Shown here piece by piece: positions 40,774 through 51,551 of a DNA stretch of 64,000 nt (positions are counted from its first letter, which is position 1; each line of letters opens with the position of its first letter). The notes under the pieces are model-generated. The model was not told the DNA's origin, made no database searches, and was given only the letters and a program-made list of their open reading frames with translations. The position numbers and the translations under genes were made by a program. This stretch comes from an uncultured delta proteobacterium (GTDB lineage: Bacteria > Desulfobacterota > Desulfobacteria > Desulfobacterales > JAFDCJ01), in contig CAVYNY010000013.1 of the NCBI GenBank assembly GCA_963769935.1, positions 1-64,000 on the forward strand, written 5' to 3'.

Positions 40774-41535
40774 ATGGCGCAGGAAGATTACAAAATTGTT
40801 GCCCTGATACCGGCCCGCGCGGGTTCAAAGCGTGTGCCGGATAAAAATATACGGCCGCTGGCCGGACATCCGGTCATCGCTTATACAATTGCCGCCGCAC
40901 TTGGCAGCGGGATTTTTAACGATGTCATCGTTTCAACGGATTCAAATAAGTACGCCGAAGTTTCAGACTATTATGGGGCGCACGTACCGTTTCTGCGGCC
41001 CGCTGAATTGGCGGGCGACCAGTCCCCCGACATTGAATGGCTGGCCTACACACTCGAGCGCCTGCGGGATGCCGGCCGCAAATATGATTGTTTCAGCATT
41101 CTGCGGCCGACCAGTCCGTTTCGACTGCCGGAAACCATCCGGCGGGCCTGGCAGGAATTTTCCTCCCAAACCGGGGTCGACTCTTTACGGGCGGTCGAAA
41201 AATGCACCCAGCATCCCGGCAAAATGTGGGTGGTGCGGGGCAACCGCATGATGCCCCTGCTGCCGCTGGGACCGGCCGAGCAACCCTGGCACAGCAGTCA
41301 ATACCCTTCGCTGCCGGAAATATACGTCCAGAATGCCAGTCTGGAAATAGCCTGGTCGCGGGTCGTTTTCGAGGATCGAAGCATCGCCGGCAATGTGGTC
41401 ATGCCGTTTTTCACGGTAGATTATGAAGGGTTCGACGTGAACAATGAGTACGATTGGCAGCTTGCCGAGCAAATGGTTAAAAAAGGTGAGGCAAAATTGC
41501 CTGGGGTAACTCAACCGGCGTACTCTATTAGATAA
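40774..41535 (+). CDS. neuA: Acylneuraminate cytidylyltransferase (CMP-nonulosonate synthetase)
   Basis: IPARAGSKRVPDKN, VSTD, PFLRP, LRPTSPFR and DVNNEYDW. Confidence 0.9.
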   Translation: MAQEDYKIVALIPARAGSKRVPDKNIRPLAGHPVIAYTIAAALGSGIFNDVIVSTDSNKYAEVSDYYGAHVPFLRPAELAGDQSPDIEWLAYTLERLRDAGRKYDCFSILRPTSPFRLPETIRRAWQEFSSQTGVDSLRAVEKCTQHPGKMWVVRGNRMMPLLPLGPAEQPWHSSQYPSLPEIYVQNASLEIAWSRVVFEDRSIAGNVVMPFFTVDYEGFDVNNEYDWQLAEQMVKKGEAKLPGVTQPAYSIR

Positions 41536-41540
41536 TTATT

Positions 41541-41625
41541 CACCGCGGAGCTCGCAGAGAACGCTGAGATTGCTGAATCATACTTACGGGGACAAGCTCA
41601 GCGCCCGCGGCGTTCTCTGCGGTTG
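41541..41625. repeat. Intergenic hairpin repeat
   Basis: CCGCGGAGCTCGCAGAGAACGCTGAG ... CTCAGCG...GCGTTCTCTGCGG inverted arms. Confidence 0.45.
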
Positions 41626-41667
41626 GACAAATTTATTAGAAAGCAAAAAGGAGCTCTGATTATTACA

Positions 41668-43593
41668 ATGATCGAAATTCGACTGATTCCTGAGAAAGAA
41701 TTTAGACGCGTCCGCGCATCAAATATTGACAAGCATGCGAAACTGCATTTATTGGCCGATATGTGCCGCGCCAATGCCATCGCCACCGTGAAACGGGCCG
41801 GATCCGGACATTTGGGGTCCAGTTTCAGCTCACTGGATATCGTTTCCACCCTGTACTTCGCCGAAATGAACATTGCGGAGTTGGGCATCGCCCACCCGGA
41901 TCGGGATATCTACTTTTCCTCCAAAGGCCATGATGTTCCGGGGCACTATGCGGTGCTCTATGGTTTGGGCCTGCTGTCAAAGGAAAAATTCATCAATCTG
42001 AGACGTCACGGCGGCACCCACGGCCATCCGGATGTAAGCATGCCCGGCATCGAAGCCAATTCGGGATCGCTGGGCATGGGAATATCCAAAGCCAAAGGAA
42101 TGGCATGGGCCAAAAAAGCGAAAGGATCCGGCGGTCGGGTTATGGTAATGACCGGGGACGGCGAACTCCAGGAGGGGCAAATCTGGGAGTCTTTGCAAAC
42201 CACCGCCCATCAAAAAGTCAACAATCTTATCGTCATTGTCGACTACAACAAGTTTCAGTCGGATAAAGCCCTTAAACACATCATCGATCTGGGTGATCTG
42301 GGCGCAAAGTTTGCCATGTTCGGCTGGCACGTCGAACGCTGCAACGGGCACGACTTTGCCGCATTGGCGGAAGTATTTGCCGGATTCAAAAGGGTTTCGG
42401 ACAAACCGAAGGTATTGATTGCCGACACGATCAAAGGCAAGGGCATTTCATTCATGGAAAGTCCGACGGAATCACCGGACGAACAATATCTCTACAAATG
42501 GCATGCCGGAGCTCCCGATGATGATACATTTGAAGCCGGATATCACGAGCTTCTCCAAGGTTTAAAACATCGATTTCAAAATTTAGGCCTGGAAGCCTTG
42601 AAGAGCGAAGTCATCGAGACCCGCGAAAAGAATCGGGTCAGGCTCAAGGACACGGCTGAAAAAGTCGTCGCCGCCTATGGCGAAGCCCTGGTAAAAATGG
42701 GGTCGGAAAGAGAGGATCTGGTGGTGCTGGACGCTGATTTATCGGCCGACTGCGGATTGCGGCTCTTTGAGAATGCCTTCCCGCAGCGGTTTATCGAAAG
42801 CGGCATCGCCGAGCAGGACATGGTATCCACAGCCGGCGGTCTGGCCCTGCAGGGATTGCTGCCGGTAGTCAACTCATTCGGAGTATTTTTGTCATCCCGC
42901 GCCAACGAGCAGATTTACAACAACGCCACCGAGAAAACCAAAATCATCTATGTCTGCCACTATGCCGGACTCATCCCGGCCGGACCGGGCAAATCCCATC
43001 AAAGCTTGCGGGACATATCCCTTTTTGGCGCCCTGCCGAATGTTGTTATCCTGGAGCCCTGCAACAGCCTGGAGACCCAACAGATTCTGGAGTGGTGCGT
43101 TAAAGAAGCTGAAACCAGCTGTATGATTCGGCTGGTGATTTCGCCATCTCCGCGATCTATTCGTTTGCCGGACAATTACCAGCTTTCGATGGGCCAAGGC
43201 GTCGCTCTTACCGCCGGCGCCGATGCCGTTATGTTCGCGTACGGCCCGGTAATGCTCAACGAAGCCCTGCGGGCCAGCGAGGAATTAAAAGAACGCAATT
43301 TTCAACTGAAAGTAATCAATCTGCCATGGCTTAACCGGGTCGACCCGCACTGGCTGGTCGAGGCCGTCGGCACCAGTGGGACCGTCTTCGCGCTGGACAA
43401 TCATTCAACTTACGGTGGTCTGGGGGATCATCTGCTGAATGCCATGATGAATTCCGCTGCCTTGCGCACCCGAAGACTGATCAAATACGGTGTCGAGGAG
43501 TATCCTGCCTGCGGAACCCCTGCCGAAGCACTGGCATACCACAAGCTGGACGGACCGAGCCTGGCCGCCCGCATATTGCAGGCCATGGAGTAA
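41668..43593 (+). CDS. Single-chain transketolase-like ThDP enzyme
   Basis: GSGHLGSS, SKGH, GSLGMG, GDGELQEG..N, TIKGKG, GIAEQDM and GKSHQ. RBS AAGGAG. Confidence 0.88.
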   Translation: MIEIRLIPEKEFRRVRASNIDKHAKLHLLADMCRANAIATVKRAGSGHLGSSFSSLDIVSTLYFAEMNIAELGIAHPDRDIYFSSKGHDVPGHYAVLYGLGLLSKEKFINLRRHGGTHGHPDVSMPGIEANSGSLGMGISKAKGMAWAKKAKGSGGRVMVMTGDGELQEGQIWESLQTTAHQKVNNLIVIVDYNKFQSDKALKHIIDLGDLGAKFAMFGWHVERCNGHDFAALAEVFAGFKRVSDKPKVLIADTIKGKGISFMESPTESPDEQYLYKWHAGAPDDDTFEAGYHELLQGLKHRFQNLGLEALKSEVIETREKNRVRLKDTAEKVVAAYGEALVKMGSEREDLVVLDADLSADCGLRLFENAFPQRFIESGIAEQDMVSTAGGLALQGLLPVVNSFGVFLSSRANEQIYNNATEKTKIIYVCHYAGLIPAGPGKSHQSLRDISLFGALPNVVILEPCNSLETQQILEWCVKEAETSCMIRLVISPSPRSIRLPDNYQLSMGQGVALTAGADAVMFAYGPVMLNEALRASEELKERNFQLKVINLPWLNRVDPHWLVEAVGTSGTVFALDNHSTYGGLGDHLLNAMMNSAALRTRRLIKYGVEEYPACGTPAEALAYHKLDGPSLAARILQAME

Positions 43594-43798
43594 GGCCTAT
43601 AAATTACTGAAGGTATTTTTTAACAGGATTAATGCACGCGCAATTGCGCATAAACACTGACAGCAAAAAATTAAATGCGCAGCATAAAGTAATTAATCCG
43701 CCGGAGCTTCGATCTTAGGACCTTCTTCAACTTTATAAAGAACACCTCACACCCCTGAAGATGCTATTCTTAGGGGCGGATTAATCAGGAGTATTTAA

Positions 43799-44788
43799 AT
43801 GGAAATAAACGGAAGCCGGATTCTTGTTATCGGCGGCGCGGGATTGATCGGATCACATGTCGTTGAACAACTGCTTAAGGAAGATATAAGGGAAGTTATC
43901 GTTTTCGACAATTTTTGCCGCGGCACCCATGAAAATCTATCCGGCGCCTTAAAAGATGACCGGTGTCGCATCTTTGAAATCGGAGGAGATATTCTTCAAA
44001 CCGATATCTTGAATGCCGCCATGCAGGGTGTCGATGGTGTTGTCCATCTGGCGGCGCTTTGGCTGCTGCAATGCCACGAATATCCGCGGGCCGCCTTTGA
44101 TGTGAATATCCGCGGGACCTTCAATGTGCTTGAAGCCTGTGTAAAAAACAACATCAAACGCCTGGTTTATTCCTCCTCCGCATCCGTCTATGGAGATGCC
44201 GTCGAAGAGCCGATGACTGAAAATCATCCCTACAATAACTGGACCTTTTACGGGGCTACGAAAATTGCCGGGGAGCACATGTTCAAATCGTTTCATAAGC
44301 GCTACGGCTTGCAAGGCGTGGGGTTGAGATACATGAATGTTTATGGCCCGCGTCAGGATTACAGAGGGGCCTATATCGCCGTCATGATGAAAATACTGGA
44401 TAATCTTGATAAGGGAATCTCTCCGGTGGTTTTCGGAGACGGCAGTCAGGCTTATGATTTTATTTATGTCGAAGATACGGCGCGCGCCAATGTGTGCGCC
44501 TTAAAAAGTGAAACTCCGTTCGGTTTCTACAACGTAGGACGCGGCATAAAGACATCCATAAAAAAATTAACAGAAATTATCCTGGAAATCAGCGGCTCGA
44601 ATCTGCCCATCTTATACGAGCCGGCCGGCCAGACGTTTGTCACAAACCGCGTGGGGGATCCTGAAGCCGCGGCGCGAGATCTGGGATTTAAGTGGACGGT
44701 TGATTTGGCTGAAGGGTTGCAAAAGCTGATCGATTGGCGCAAGCTCCATATAGCGGCCGGCCGCCGAAGCGGAGATAATTTAAATTAA
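43799..44788 (+). CDS. NDP-sugar epimerase/dehydratase
   Basis: GGAGLIG, HLAA, SSASVYG, YGATK and RYMNVYGPRQ. Confidence 0.9.
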   Translation: MEINGSRILVIGGAGLIGSHVVEQLLKEDIREVIVFDNFCRGTHENLSGALKDDRCRIFEIGGDILQTDILNAAMQGVDGVVHLAALWLLQCHEYPRAAFDVNIRGTFNVLEACVKNNIKRLVYSSSASVYGDAVEEPMTENHPYNNWTFYGATKIAGEHMFKSFHKRYGLQGVGLRYMNVYGPRQDYRGAYIAVMMKILDNLDKGISPVVFGDGSQAYDFIYVEDTARANVCALKSETPFGFYNVGRGIKTSIKKLTEIILEISGSNLPILYEPAGQTFVTNRVGDPEAAARDLGFKWTVDLAEGLQKLIDWRKLHIAAGRRSGDNLN

Positions 44789-44841
44789 ATGACCTAAGGT
44801 ATAAATCCTAAACAGCACTGCGTTATAAGCAAGAATGAATC

Positions 44842-45945
44842 ATGAAAATCCCGTTAATAAAGCCTTACATTACCGAAGAAATAAAGGCGCGCGTCGCTGA
44901 GGTCCTTGACAGCGGCTACCTGACTGAGGGCCCTGTGACCCGGCAGTTTGAAGAATCCATCGAGAATTATACCGGCTGCAAATTCGCTCTGGCAGTATGC
45001 AATTGCACAGTTGGTTTGGAAATGGCCCTGCGGGCTTTAAAAATCGGACCGGGTGATGAAGTCATTGTACCGGACTATACGTATCCGGCGACGGCGTCGG
45101 TCGTTGAAATCGTCGGCGCAAAAATAGTAATTGTCGATGTCGATCCGGGCGATATGCTCATCGATTATGAGGCGCTTGAAAAGGCGATTACCAGCCGGAC
45201 GAAAGCCATTATTCCGGTGTCCATTTTCGGCAATCCCCTTGATTATTCCAAATTGTGGGATATCAAAAAAAAACATGATCTTTATCTGGTTGAAGATGCG
45301 GCCTGCTCCATTGGGGCTCAATATGACGGAATACATGCCGGCAACCTGGCAGATATCTCGGTTTTCAGCTTCCACCCGCGCAAGTTTATAACCACCGGCG
45401 AGGGCGGCATGGTAACGACCAACAGCCGGCAGTGGGCGGAGTGGATGGAGTCCTACAAGCATTTCGGCATGGGCGTGCATGATTCCAGGATCGGCACCCG
45501 GTTTGAGGCCATCGGCACAAATTATAAATTAAGCAATATCCAGGCCGCGATCGGTCTGGAGCAGATGAAACAGATTGATCTGCTTTTGGCGGAACGCAAG
45601 CGGATTGCAACCAAATATCGCGAGTATTTCGACGAACAGCCCGGAATATCTTTGCCAAAGACAACCCCCAAAGGCACCCACTCCTGGCAGTCTTGCTGCA
45701 TTTTTACCGGGCGGCGGGATGGGATCATTGAAAGGCTGAGAGAAAAGCAGATCGAGACCCAAATCGGAACCTATGCCTTGCATCTGCACCCGGCGTTTAA
45801 CCAAAACTCAAACTGCCGCATCGCCGGCGAAATGTCCGGCAGCCGCTATGCTTTCGATCATTGCTTAACCTTACCGCTTTACCACGATATGATGGATGAA
45901 GAACTGGAGTTTGTCGTATCGAATCTTCTGAAGTGCATGCGGTAG
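44842..45945 (+). CDS. DegT/DnrJ/EryC1/StrS sugar aminotransferase
   Basis: GPGDEVIVP, EDAACSIG, FSFHPRKFITTGEGG and LTLPLY. Confidence 0.92.
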   Translation: MKIPLIKPYITEEIKARVAEVLDSGYLTEGPVTRQFEESIENYTGCKFALAVCNCTVGLEMALRALKIGPGDEVIVPDYTYPATASVVEIVGAKIVIVDVDPGDMLIDYEALEKAITSRTKAIIPVSIFGNPLDYSKLWDIKKKHDLYLVEDAACSIGAQYDGIHAGNLADISVFSFHPRKFITTGEGGMVTTNSRQWAEWMESYKHFGMGVHDSRIGTRFEAIGTNYKLSNIQAAIGLEQMKQIDLLLAERKRIATKYREYFDEQPGISLPKTTPKGTHSWQSCCIFTGRRDGIIERLREKQIETQIGTYALHLHPAFNQNSNCRIAGEMSGSRYAFDHCLTLPLYHDMMDEELEFVVSNLLKCMR

Positions 45946-46007
45946 TAAAACGGAAAATTTTGCTGGCGTTTGATATTTCTTATTTACATGGGTATAGGAA
46001 ATTTTAA

Positions 46008-46952
46008 ATGAGGATCGTTTTCATCGGCTCCACTAAATTCGGAATGCGTTGCATGCACGGAGCGCTGGAGTTGATTGACTGCGAACTGGTGGGGGTTGTC
46101 ACGGCTCCTCAAACTTTTGCCATTTCCTATAGACCTGAAGGTGTTTTCAACGTTTTGCATGCAGACATTGCGAGCTATTGCCGCCTTAATAATATTCCCT
46201 ATAGCGTGATGCAACATAGTATGAACGATGAGCGGCTCATCGGCTTGGTTCGCAGCTGGCAGCCGGAAATATTCCTTGTAGCCGGCTGGTACCATATGGT
46301 CCCTAAAAGTTGGCGCACCTTAGCTCCTGCGTATGGATTGCACGCATCATTACTTCCCGACTACAGCGGCGGTGCACCGCTAGTTTGGGCCATAATCAAC
46401 GGGGAAGAGAGAACTGGCCTGACCCTGTTTCAGCTTGGCGATGGTGTAGACGACGGGCCGATTGTGGGGCAAGCAGAAACTCAAATAAGCTATGACGACA
46501 CAATCGGAACTCTTTATTCGCGTATCGAAGAAATGGGTATTGAACTCATCAATAAACATCTGCCTCAGATCGCCCGGGGTAGCGCAAAATTGATACCACA
46601 GGATGAAAGCAAGCGGCGTGTTTTCCCGCAACGGGGACCTTGTGATGGCAGAATCGATTGGTCACTGCGTGCACATCAGATATATAACTTTATACGTGCA
46701 CAGACCAAACCATATCCGGGTGCATTTACTACCTCGCAGGGGAAAGAGCTATCGATTTGGAGAGCAAGGCCAAAAGATAGACTACCAGGCGCATCATTTG
46801 CATCTGGTGAAATTCTGCCTGATATAGATGGCACTTTTGTTAATACTGGCCTTGGAACGATAGAAATATTGGAGGCGACGTATGACGGCCAAATCTTTAA
46901 TGGAAAAGAATTGAGGCAAAATTGTCGTGAGGGTGAAATCTTTGGGATATAG
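46008..46952 (+). CDS. Sugar N-formyltransferase (Fmt/ArnA-like)
   Basis: LHASLLPDYSGGAPLVWAII, DDGPI and IRAQTKPYPGAF. Confidence 0.85.
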   Translation: MRIVFIGSTKFGMRCMHGALELIDCELVGVVTAPQTFAISYRPEGVFNVLHADIASYCRLNNIPYSVMQHSMNDERLIGLVRSWQPEIFLVAGWYHMVPKSWRTLAPAYGLHASLLPDYSGGAPLVWAIINGEERTGLTLFQLGDGVDDGPIVGQAETQISYDDTIGTLYSRIEEMGIELINKHLPQIARGSAKLIPQDESKRRVFPQRGPCDGRIDWSLRAHQIYNFIRAQTKPYPGAFTTSQGKELSIWRARPKDRLPGASFASGEILPDIDGTFVNTGLGTIEILEATYDGQIFNGKELRQNCREGEIFGI

Positions 46953-47025
46953 AGGTTCCAATCAAATTGCTTGAAAAAGCTTGATTTGGCAGAAATCAAT
47001 TGTCGTTAAAAGCTCGAATTTTATT

Positions 47026-48918
47026 ATGTGTGGAATTTGTGGCATATTTAATTTAAATGGCGGACCGGTCTCGCCCGTTTTCTTACGGAAAATGACCGAT
47101 TCCATTGCGCATCGAGGACCGGATGGCGAAGGCTTTTTCATTGACAGCTTCATCGGCCTGGGCCACAGGCGGCTTGCCATCATAGACCTGTCACCTTTAG
47201 GGCACCAGCCCATGGTATCCGGAGATGGGCAATATGCGATTACCTATAACGGCGAGATATATAACTTCCAGGAACTGCGTGTCGAGCTGGAGGCATTAGG
47301 CTACCCGTTCCGGTCACGAACCGATACCGAGGTCGTTCTGAATGCTTACGCCAAATGGGGCCCCCGGTGTGTTGAAAAATTCAATGGGATGTTTGCATTT
47401 GCCATCTGGGACAAAACCCGGCAGGAATTATTTCTGGCTCGGGACCGCTACGGCATTAAACCCTTATATTACACATATTCCGGAAATCAATTTCTATTTG
47501 CTTCGGAGCAAAAAGCCATTATCACCCACCCGGCTCTAAATCGTGAAATCGATTTAGAAGCCTTGTTGGAGTATTTTACCTTCCAAAACATATTTACCAA
47601 TAAAACGCTTTTAAAGGGAATTAGCCTCTTTCCCGCCGGATGCTATGCCAAGCTCCCTCTAGGATCTTTGAACAGCAATACTTCAGCTCTTGATATTTTC
47701 CGATACTGGGATTTCGATTTCAGCGAACCCGACGCTGTTGCCACTGAACAGGAGTATCTCGAAGAACTTGACCGCCTTTTCAGGCAGGCCGTCAGCAGGC
47801 AACTTGTAAGCGACGTAGAGCTGGGAGCCTATTTAAGCGGGGGGATGGATTCAGGATCTATCACGGCCCTTGCAGCCACGCAGCTGCCGTATATCAAAAC
47901 GTTTACCTGTGGATTTGATCTGCACTCCGCCTCGGGGCTTGAGCTTGGGTTCGATGAGAGGCAAAAAGCGGAGTATATGTCTTATTTATTCAGGACCGAA
48001 CACTATGAGATGGTTCTGAAAGCCGGCGATATGGAAAGAGTTTTACCCGCAGTCGCCTGGCACATCGAGGAGCCGCGAGTCGGTCAGAGTTATCCGAATT
48101 TTTATGTGGCGCAACTGGCCGGCAAGTTTGTCAAAGTCGTTTTGGGCGGCACCGGCGGCGATGAGCTTTTCGGCGGTTATCCGTGGCGTTATTACCGGGC
48201 AGTCATAAACGATGATTTTGAACAGTATATTGATAAATATTATCTTTACTGGCAACGTTTAATACCGAACACCACCATTCAAAAAGTTTTCAGACCAATC
48301 TGGCCTGCGGTAAAGCATGTTTGGACACGGGATACCTTCCGTGATGTTTTCATCACAAAGCCGGATAAAATTTCCGGACCGAGAGACTATGTCAACCTGT
48401 CATTGTATTTTGAGGCCAAAACATTTCTCCATGGTCTGCTGAATGTAGAAGATAAATTGAGCATGGCTCACGGACTGGAAACCCGAGTCCCATTTTTAGA
48501 TAACGATCTGGTGGACTTTGCTACAAAATTGCCGGTATCGATGAAGCTTGGCAACTTGGGTGAAGTCGTACGCTTAAATGAAAACGAACCCGGGAATAAA
48601 ACCCAAAAATATTTTCAAAAAGCCAGAGACGGAAAAATAGCTTTAAGAAGGGTGATGAACCGTTATATTCCTGATTCGATCACCAGTGGAATTAAACGGG
48701 GCTTTTCAGCACCGGATTCATCTTGGTTCAAAGGAGAAAGTATTGAGTATGTCGAAAAACTGCTCTTCAATAAACGCGCTTCGATCTTCGAATTTTTTGA
48801 TATCGACGAGGTGAAAAGATTGGTTACCGAGCATATCGAAGGCAAAAACAATCGAAGGCTGCTGATCTGGTCATTGCTTAATTTCGAATGGTGGCTGCGT
48901 CAATATATGCCAAGATGA
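47026..48918 (+). CDS. asnB: AsnB-family glutamine amidotransferase (sugar amidation)
   Basis: MCGICG, HRGPDGEG, GHRRLAIIDL, LSGGMDS, GGDELFGGY and SMAHGLETRVPFLD. Confidence 0.9.
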   Translation: MCGICGIFNLNGGPVSPVFLRKMTDSIAHRGPDGEGFFIDSFIGLGHRRLAIIDLSPLGHQPMVSGDGQYAITYNGEIYNFQELRVELEALGYPFRSRTDTEVVLNAYAKWGPRCVEKFNGMFAFAIWDKTRQELFLARDRYGIKPLYYTYSGNQFLFASEQKAIITHPALNREIDLEALLEYFTFQNIFTNKTLLKGISLFPAGCYAKLPLGSLNSNTSALDIFRYWDFDFSEPDAVATEQEYLEELDRLFRQAVSRQLVSDVELGAYLSGGMDSGSITALAATQLPYIKTFTCGFDLHSASGLELGFDERQKAEYMSYLFRTEHYEMVLKAGDMERVLPAVAWHIEEPRVGQSYPNFYVAQLAGKFVKVVLGGTGGDELFGGYPWRYYRAVINDDFEQYIDKYYLYWQRLIPNTTIQKVFRPIWPAVKHVWTRDTFRDVFITKPDKISGPRDYVNLSLYFEAKTFLHGLLNVEDKLSMAHGLETRVPFLDNDLVDFATKLPVSMKLGNLGEVVRLNENEPGNKTQKYFQKARDGKIALRRVMNRYIPDSITSGIKRGFSAPDSSWFKGESIEYVEKLLFNKRASIFEFFDIDEVKRLVTEHIEGKNNRRLLIWSLLNFEWWLRQYMPR

Positions 48919-49120
48919 TCATTTGCATTTCGTCATCAGCAGCAGCACAAAAGACCTGAATCTTAGCAAGTTGCTGGGTACCTACAGAACGGATTGGTTC
49001 TTTTAGTTTGCTGAACGGCGGCGGGATACCGGCCTGTGCCATCGGGTTAGTTGTGTCAGATTCGCACAGAAACGTGCACCTGGTTTATAACAACTCTCAG
49101 AGGGAAAAAAATAGTCCGCA

Positions 49121-50485
49121 GTGATAAATAAAAGAGCAAGAGTGATAATTAAATATGCTGCAATCGTGCCCGATTATATTATATTTGTATTCATTTTTCC
49201 GGTTATACCTGCTGGCTTAATTTTCACGATACCGTGGATATTGAAGCAAAGGAAAATCTGGCAAACCGAGTGCAAAGGGAACCGCAAGGCGCTGATACTG
49301 CGTCGATTTACTCTGGAAAAAGTGATGAATCGCGGCTTTGGGCCTTTACTTCCGCTTTATAACCCATACTTGAAATGGGTTGGCATACTGGATCCGGTAA
49401 ACTCGCAGCAGACCAATGTTCAGATTGCAGATGGCCTTTACCTATTGACATGGAAATTGCCCAACATAGTCAGAGATAATGGAAGACTATGGATTCGCCG
49501 CGAATGCCATGATTTTTCGCGAATTGATTGCTGTTTTTAAGACGGCCCGCTATTGTGTTGACGAGCGGATAGGGGTTCTTCGCATCTACAAGCATGAATA
49601 CCCGGCCTTGCAGGCTTATCTCGTTTCAGTCTTAATAAAAATACCGTTTATCGTTGATGTGATGGGTAATTTCGAGTTAATGCGGAGACTCACCGGCAGG
49701 GTCTATTATTTTAAAAAGCTGAACAGGCTGCCATTTATCAGGATATTTGCCCGCGCTGCAACGAACTGGCTGCTTGGATTGCCGTTACGAAAGGCCTACC
49801 TAGGTACTTGGTCGAAATAAAAATAATTATGAACATGCCTTTGCATTGGGAGCTCCCCTCGACAGGCTGTCATTGCTTAGAATCAACAACTTTAACGCGA
49901 TCTATAATTCATACAATCCGGAACAGCCGCCATCAAAACCGGCGGAATACCCCTATTTGCTATTTGTCGGCCGACTCGTCGAAATCAAATATCCCGAGGA
50001 CGTCATGGCGGCTTTTGAAATTGCTGCGCCGCACATTCCCGATTACCGCCTGGTCATTATCGGCGACGGGGCTACTGCGAAATGTTATAAAGCAAAAAAA
50101 AGAACAAAGCGAATACAAAGATCGGATAATCCTCTTGGGTGCATGCGCGACCGAAATCGTTTTCGAGTGGACTGCCCATGCCAAAGTGGTTATTATGTCC
50201 CTACTCCGGCTCAACTTTAGTGGAGGCAATGCTATGCAGCATAGCCGGTTATTGCATATGATATTGAATGGCATGCTGAAATTGTAATTGATGATTATAC
50301 AGGATTTCTGGTACCTTTTGCGAATGTCGCAGCGTTGGCAGACAAATTAATCCATGTGATCCGCAATTACGAGGAGGCAAAATTAGTGGGCAAGCGCGGG
50401 CGTCGAACTGGCCCGAGTTGTCCTTTGACAAAGAAAAGATATTAGAAAAAGAGAGTATGATCTACAGACAGGTGCTGGCAGGTTC
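49121..50485 (+). pseudogene. GT4 glycosyltransferase with multiple frameshifts, paralogue of 53398..54729
   Basis: Successive ORF pieces align to the paralogue (RELIAVF, YKHEYPAL, LFVGRL, IGDGA) in alternating frames. Confidence 0.8.
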
Positions 50486-50775
50486 GTGGACGATAAACTG
50501 ATCATGGCGCACGGACTCGAAACCCGGCTTCCGTTTTTAGATAATGAACTGGTGGATTTCGCCTCACAGCTGGCTGTATCATAGGAACTGGGCAACCTGG
50601 GTGATTTAGTGGGTTTAAATGAAAATGAGCCCTGACCCAAGAGCTCACTCAAAAATACCTTCACATTTTATACGTCGCACCATGGATAGTAAATGGACAT
50701 ACTAAAGGTATTTGAAATCGAAAGCTGCTGATCTGACCCCTTCTGAATCTTGAATGGTGGCTGCGGAAGTATATA
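50486..50775 (+). pseudogene. asnB C-terminal remnant, interrupted by a MITE/IS end at about 50639-50678
   Basis: VDDKLIMAHGLETRLPFLDNELVDFASQLAVS*ELGNLG..NENEP* and NRKLLI*PLLNLEWWLRKYI match the intact asnB. Confidence 0.85.
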
Positions 50776-50843
50776 GCTTGATAGAAAGTTCTCATTTTAT
50801 AATTTTTACTTTGATAGGATTCTATGAAATAAGGGGAAATGAT

Positions 50844-51506
50844 TTGAAAAGAATTATTATTCTTGGAGGTCATGGCGATGGAATAGTTGTCGCTTCTGCT
50901 CTGAAAGATCTCACATTATCTAATATAGATGTGGTTCCATTTGGTTTTTTGAATGACTTTGAACAATGCGGCACGACTATCAACGGACTTCCTGTTTTAG
51001 GGAAAATTGACGATGCAACACAATTTTTGGGTGAAAATGATATATACTTTGTGAGTGCATTATTAAAAGTAAAAGAAGCCTATACACGTTCTCAAAAAAT
51101 TAGAAACCTAAAAATACCAATAAATAGATTTTTCACCATTATTCATCCACAAGCCACTATTTCCCGAAGCTCAAAAATCGGCTATGGGACTTATATCGGA
51201 CCTAATGTAACAATTATGCCTAACTCTACTATCGGAAACCATTGCTCCTTGCGAGCATCGGCAAATGTAGGACACGATTGTAATGTCGGCGATTTCTGTT
51301 ATATGGGCCCGAATTCGACTTTAGCAGGACGTGTAGAGTTAGAGCAGGGGGTGCACGTTGGCCCTAATGCCTGCATACTTGAAAACACAAAAATGGGAAT
51401 GTACAGTGTTATTGGATTAGGAGCAGCAGTCATTAAAGATTTGCCGAGCTTCACAGTTGCTTTTGGTAATCCGGCAAGAATCATTGAGAGATTAAAGGCA
51501 GAGTAA
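50844..51506 (+). CDS. NeuD/PglD-family left-handed beta-helix acyltransferase
   Basis: IILGGHG, INGLPVLG, IIHPQA, hexapeptide repeats, VGHDC and GNPAR. Confidence 0.88.
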   Translation: MKRIIILGGHGDGIVVASALKDLTLSNIDVVPFGFLNDFEQCGTTINGLPVLGKIDDATQFLGENDIYFVSALLKVKEAYTRSQKIRNLKIPINRFFTIIHPQATISRSSKIGYGTYIGPNVTIMPNSTIGNHCSLRASANVGHDCNVGDFCYMGPNSTLAGRVELEQGVHVGPNACILENTKMGMYSVIGLGAAVIKDLPSFTVAFGNPARIIERLKAE

Positions 51507-51551
51507 TTCTCAGAAATCAACAAAAGCCATTATCATTGTCAGCGAGTTTTC

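Noticed and set aside
46008..48918. Housekeeping fmt and asparagine synthetase
   Set aside because: Position among NDP-sugar genes indicates glycan tailoring.
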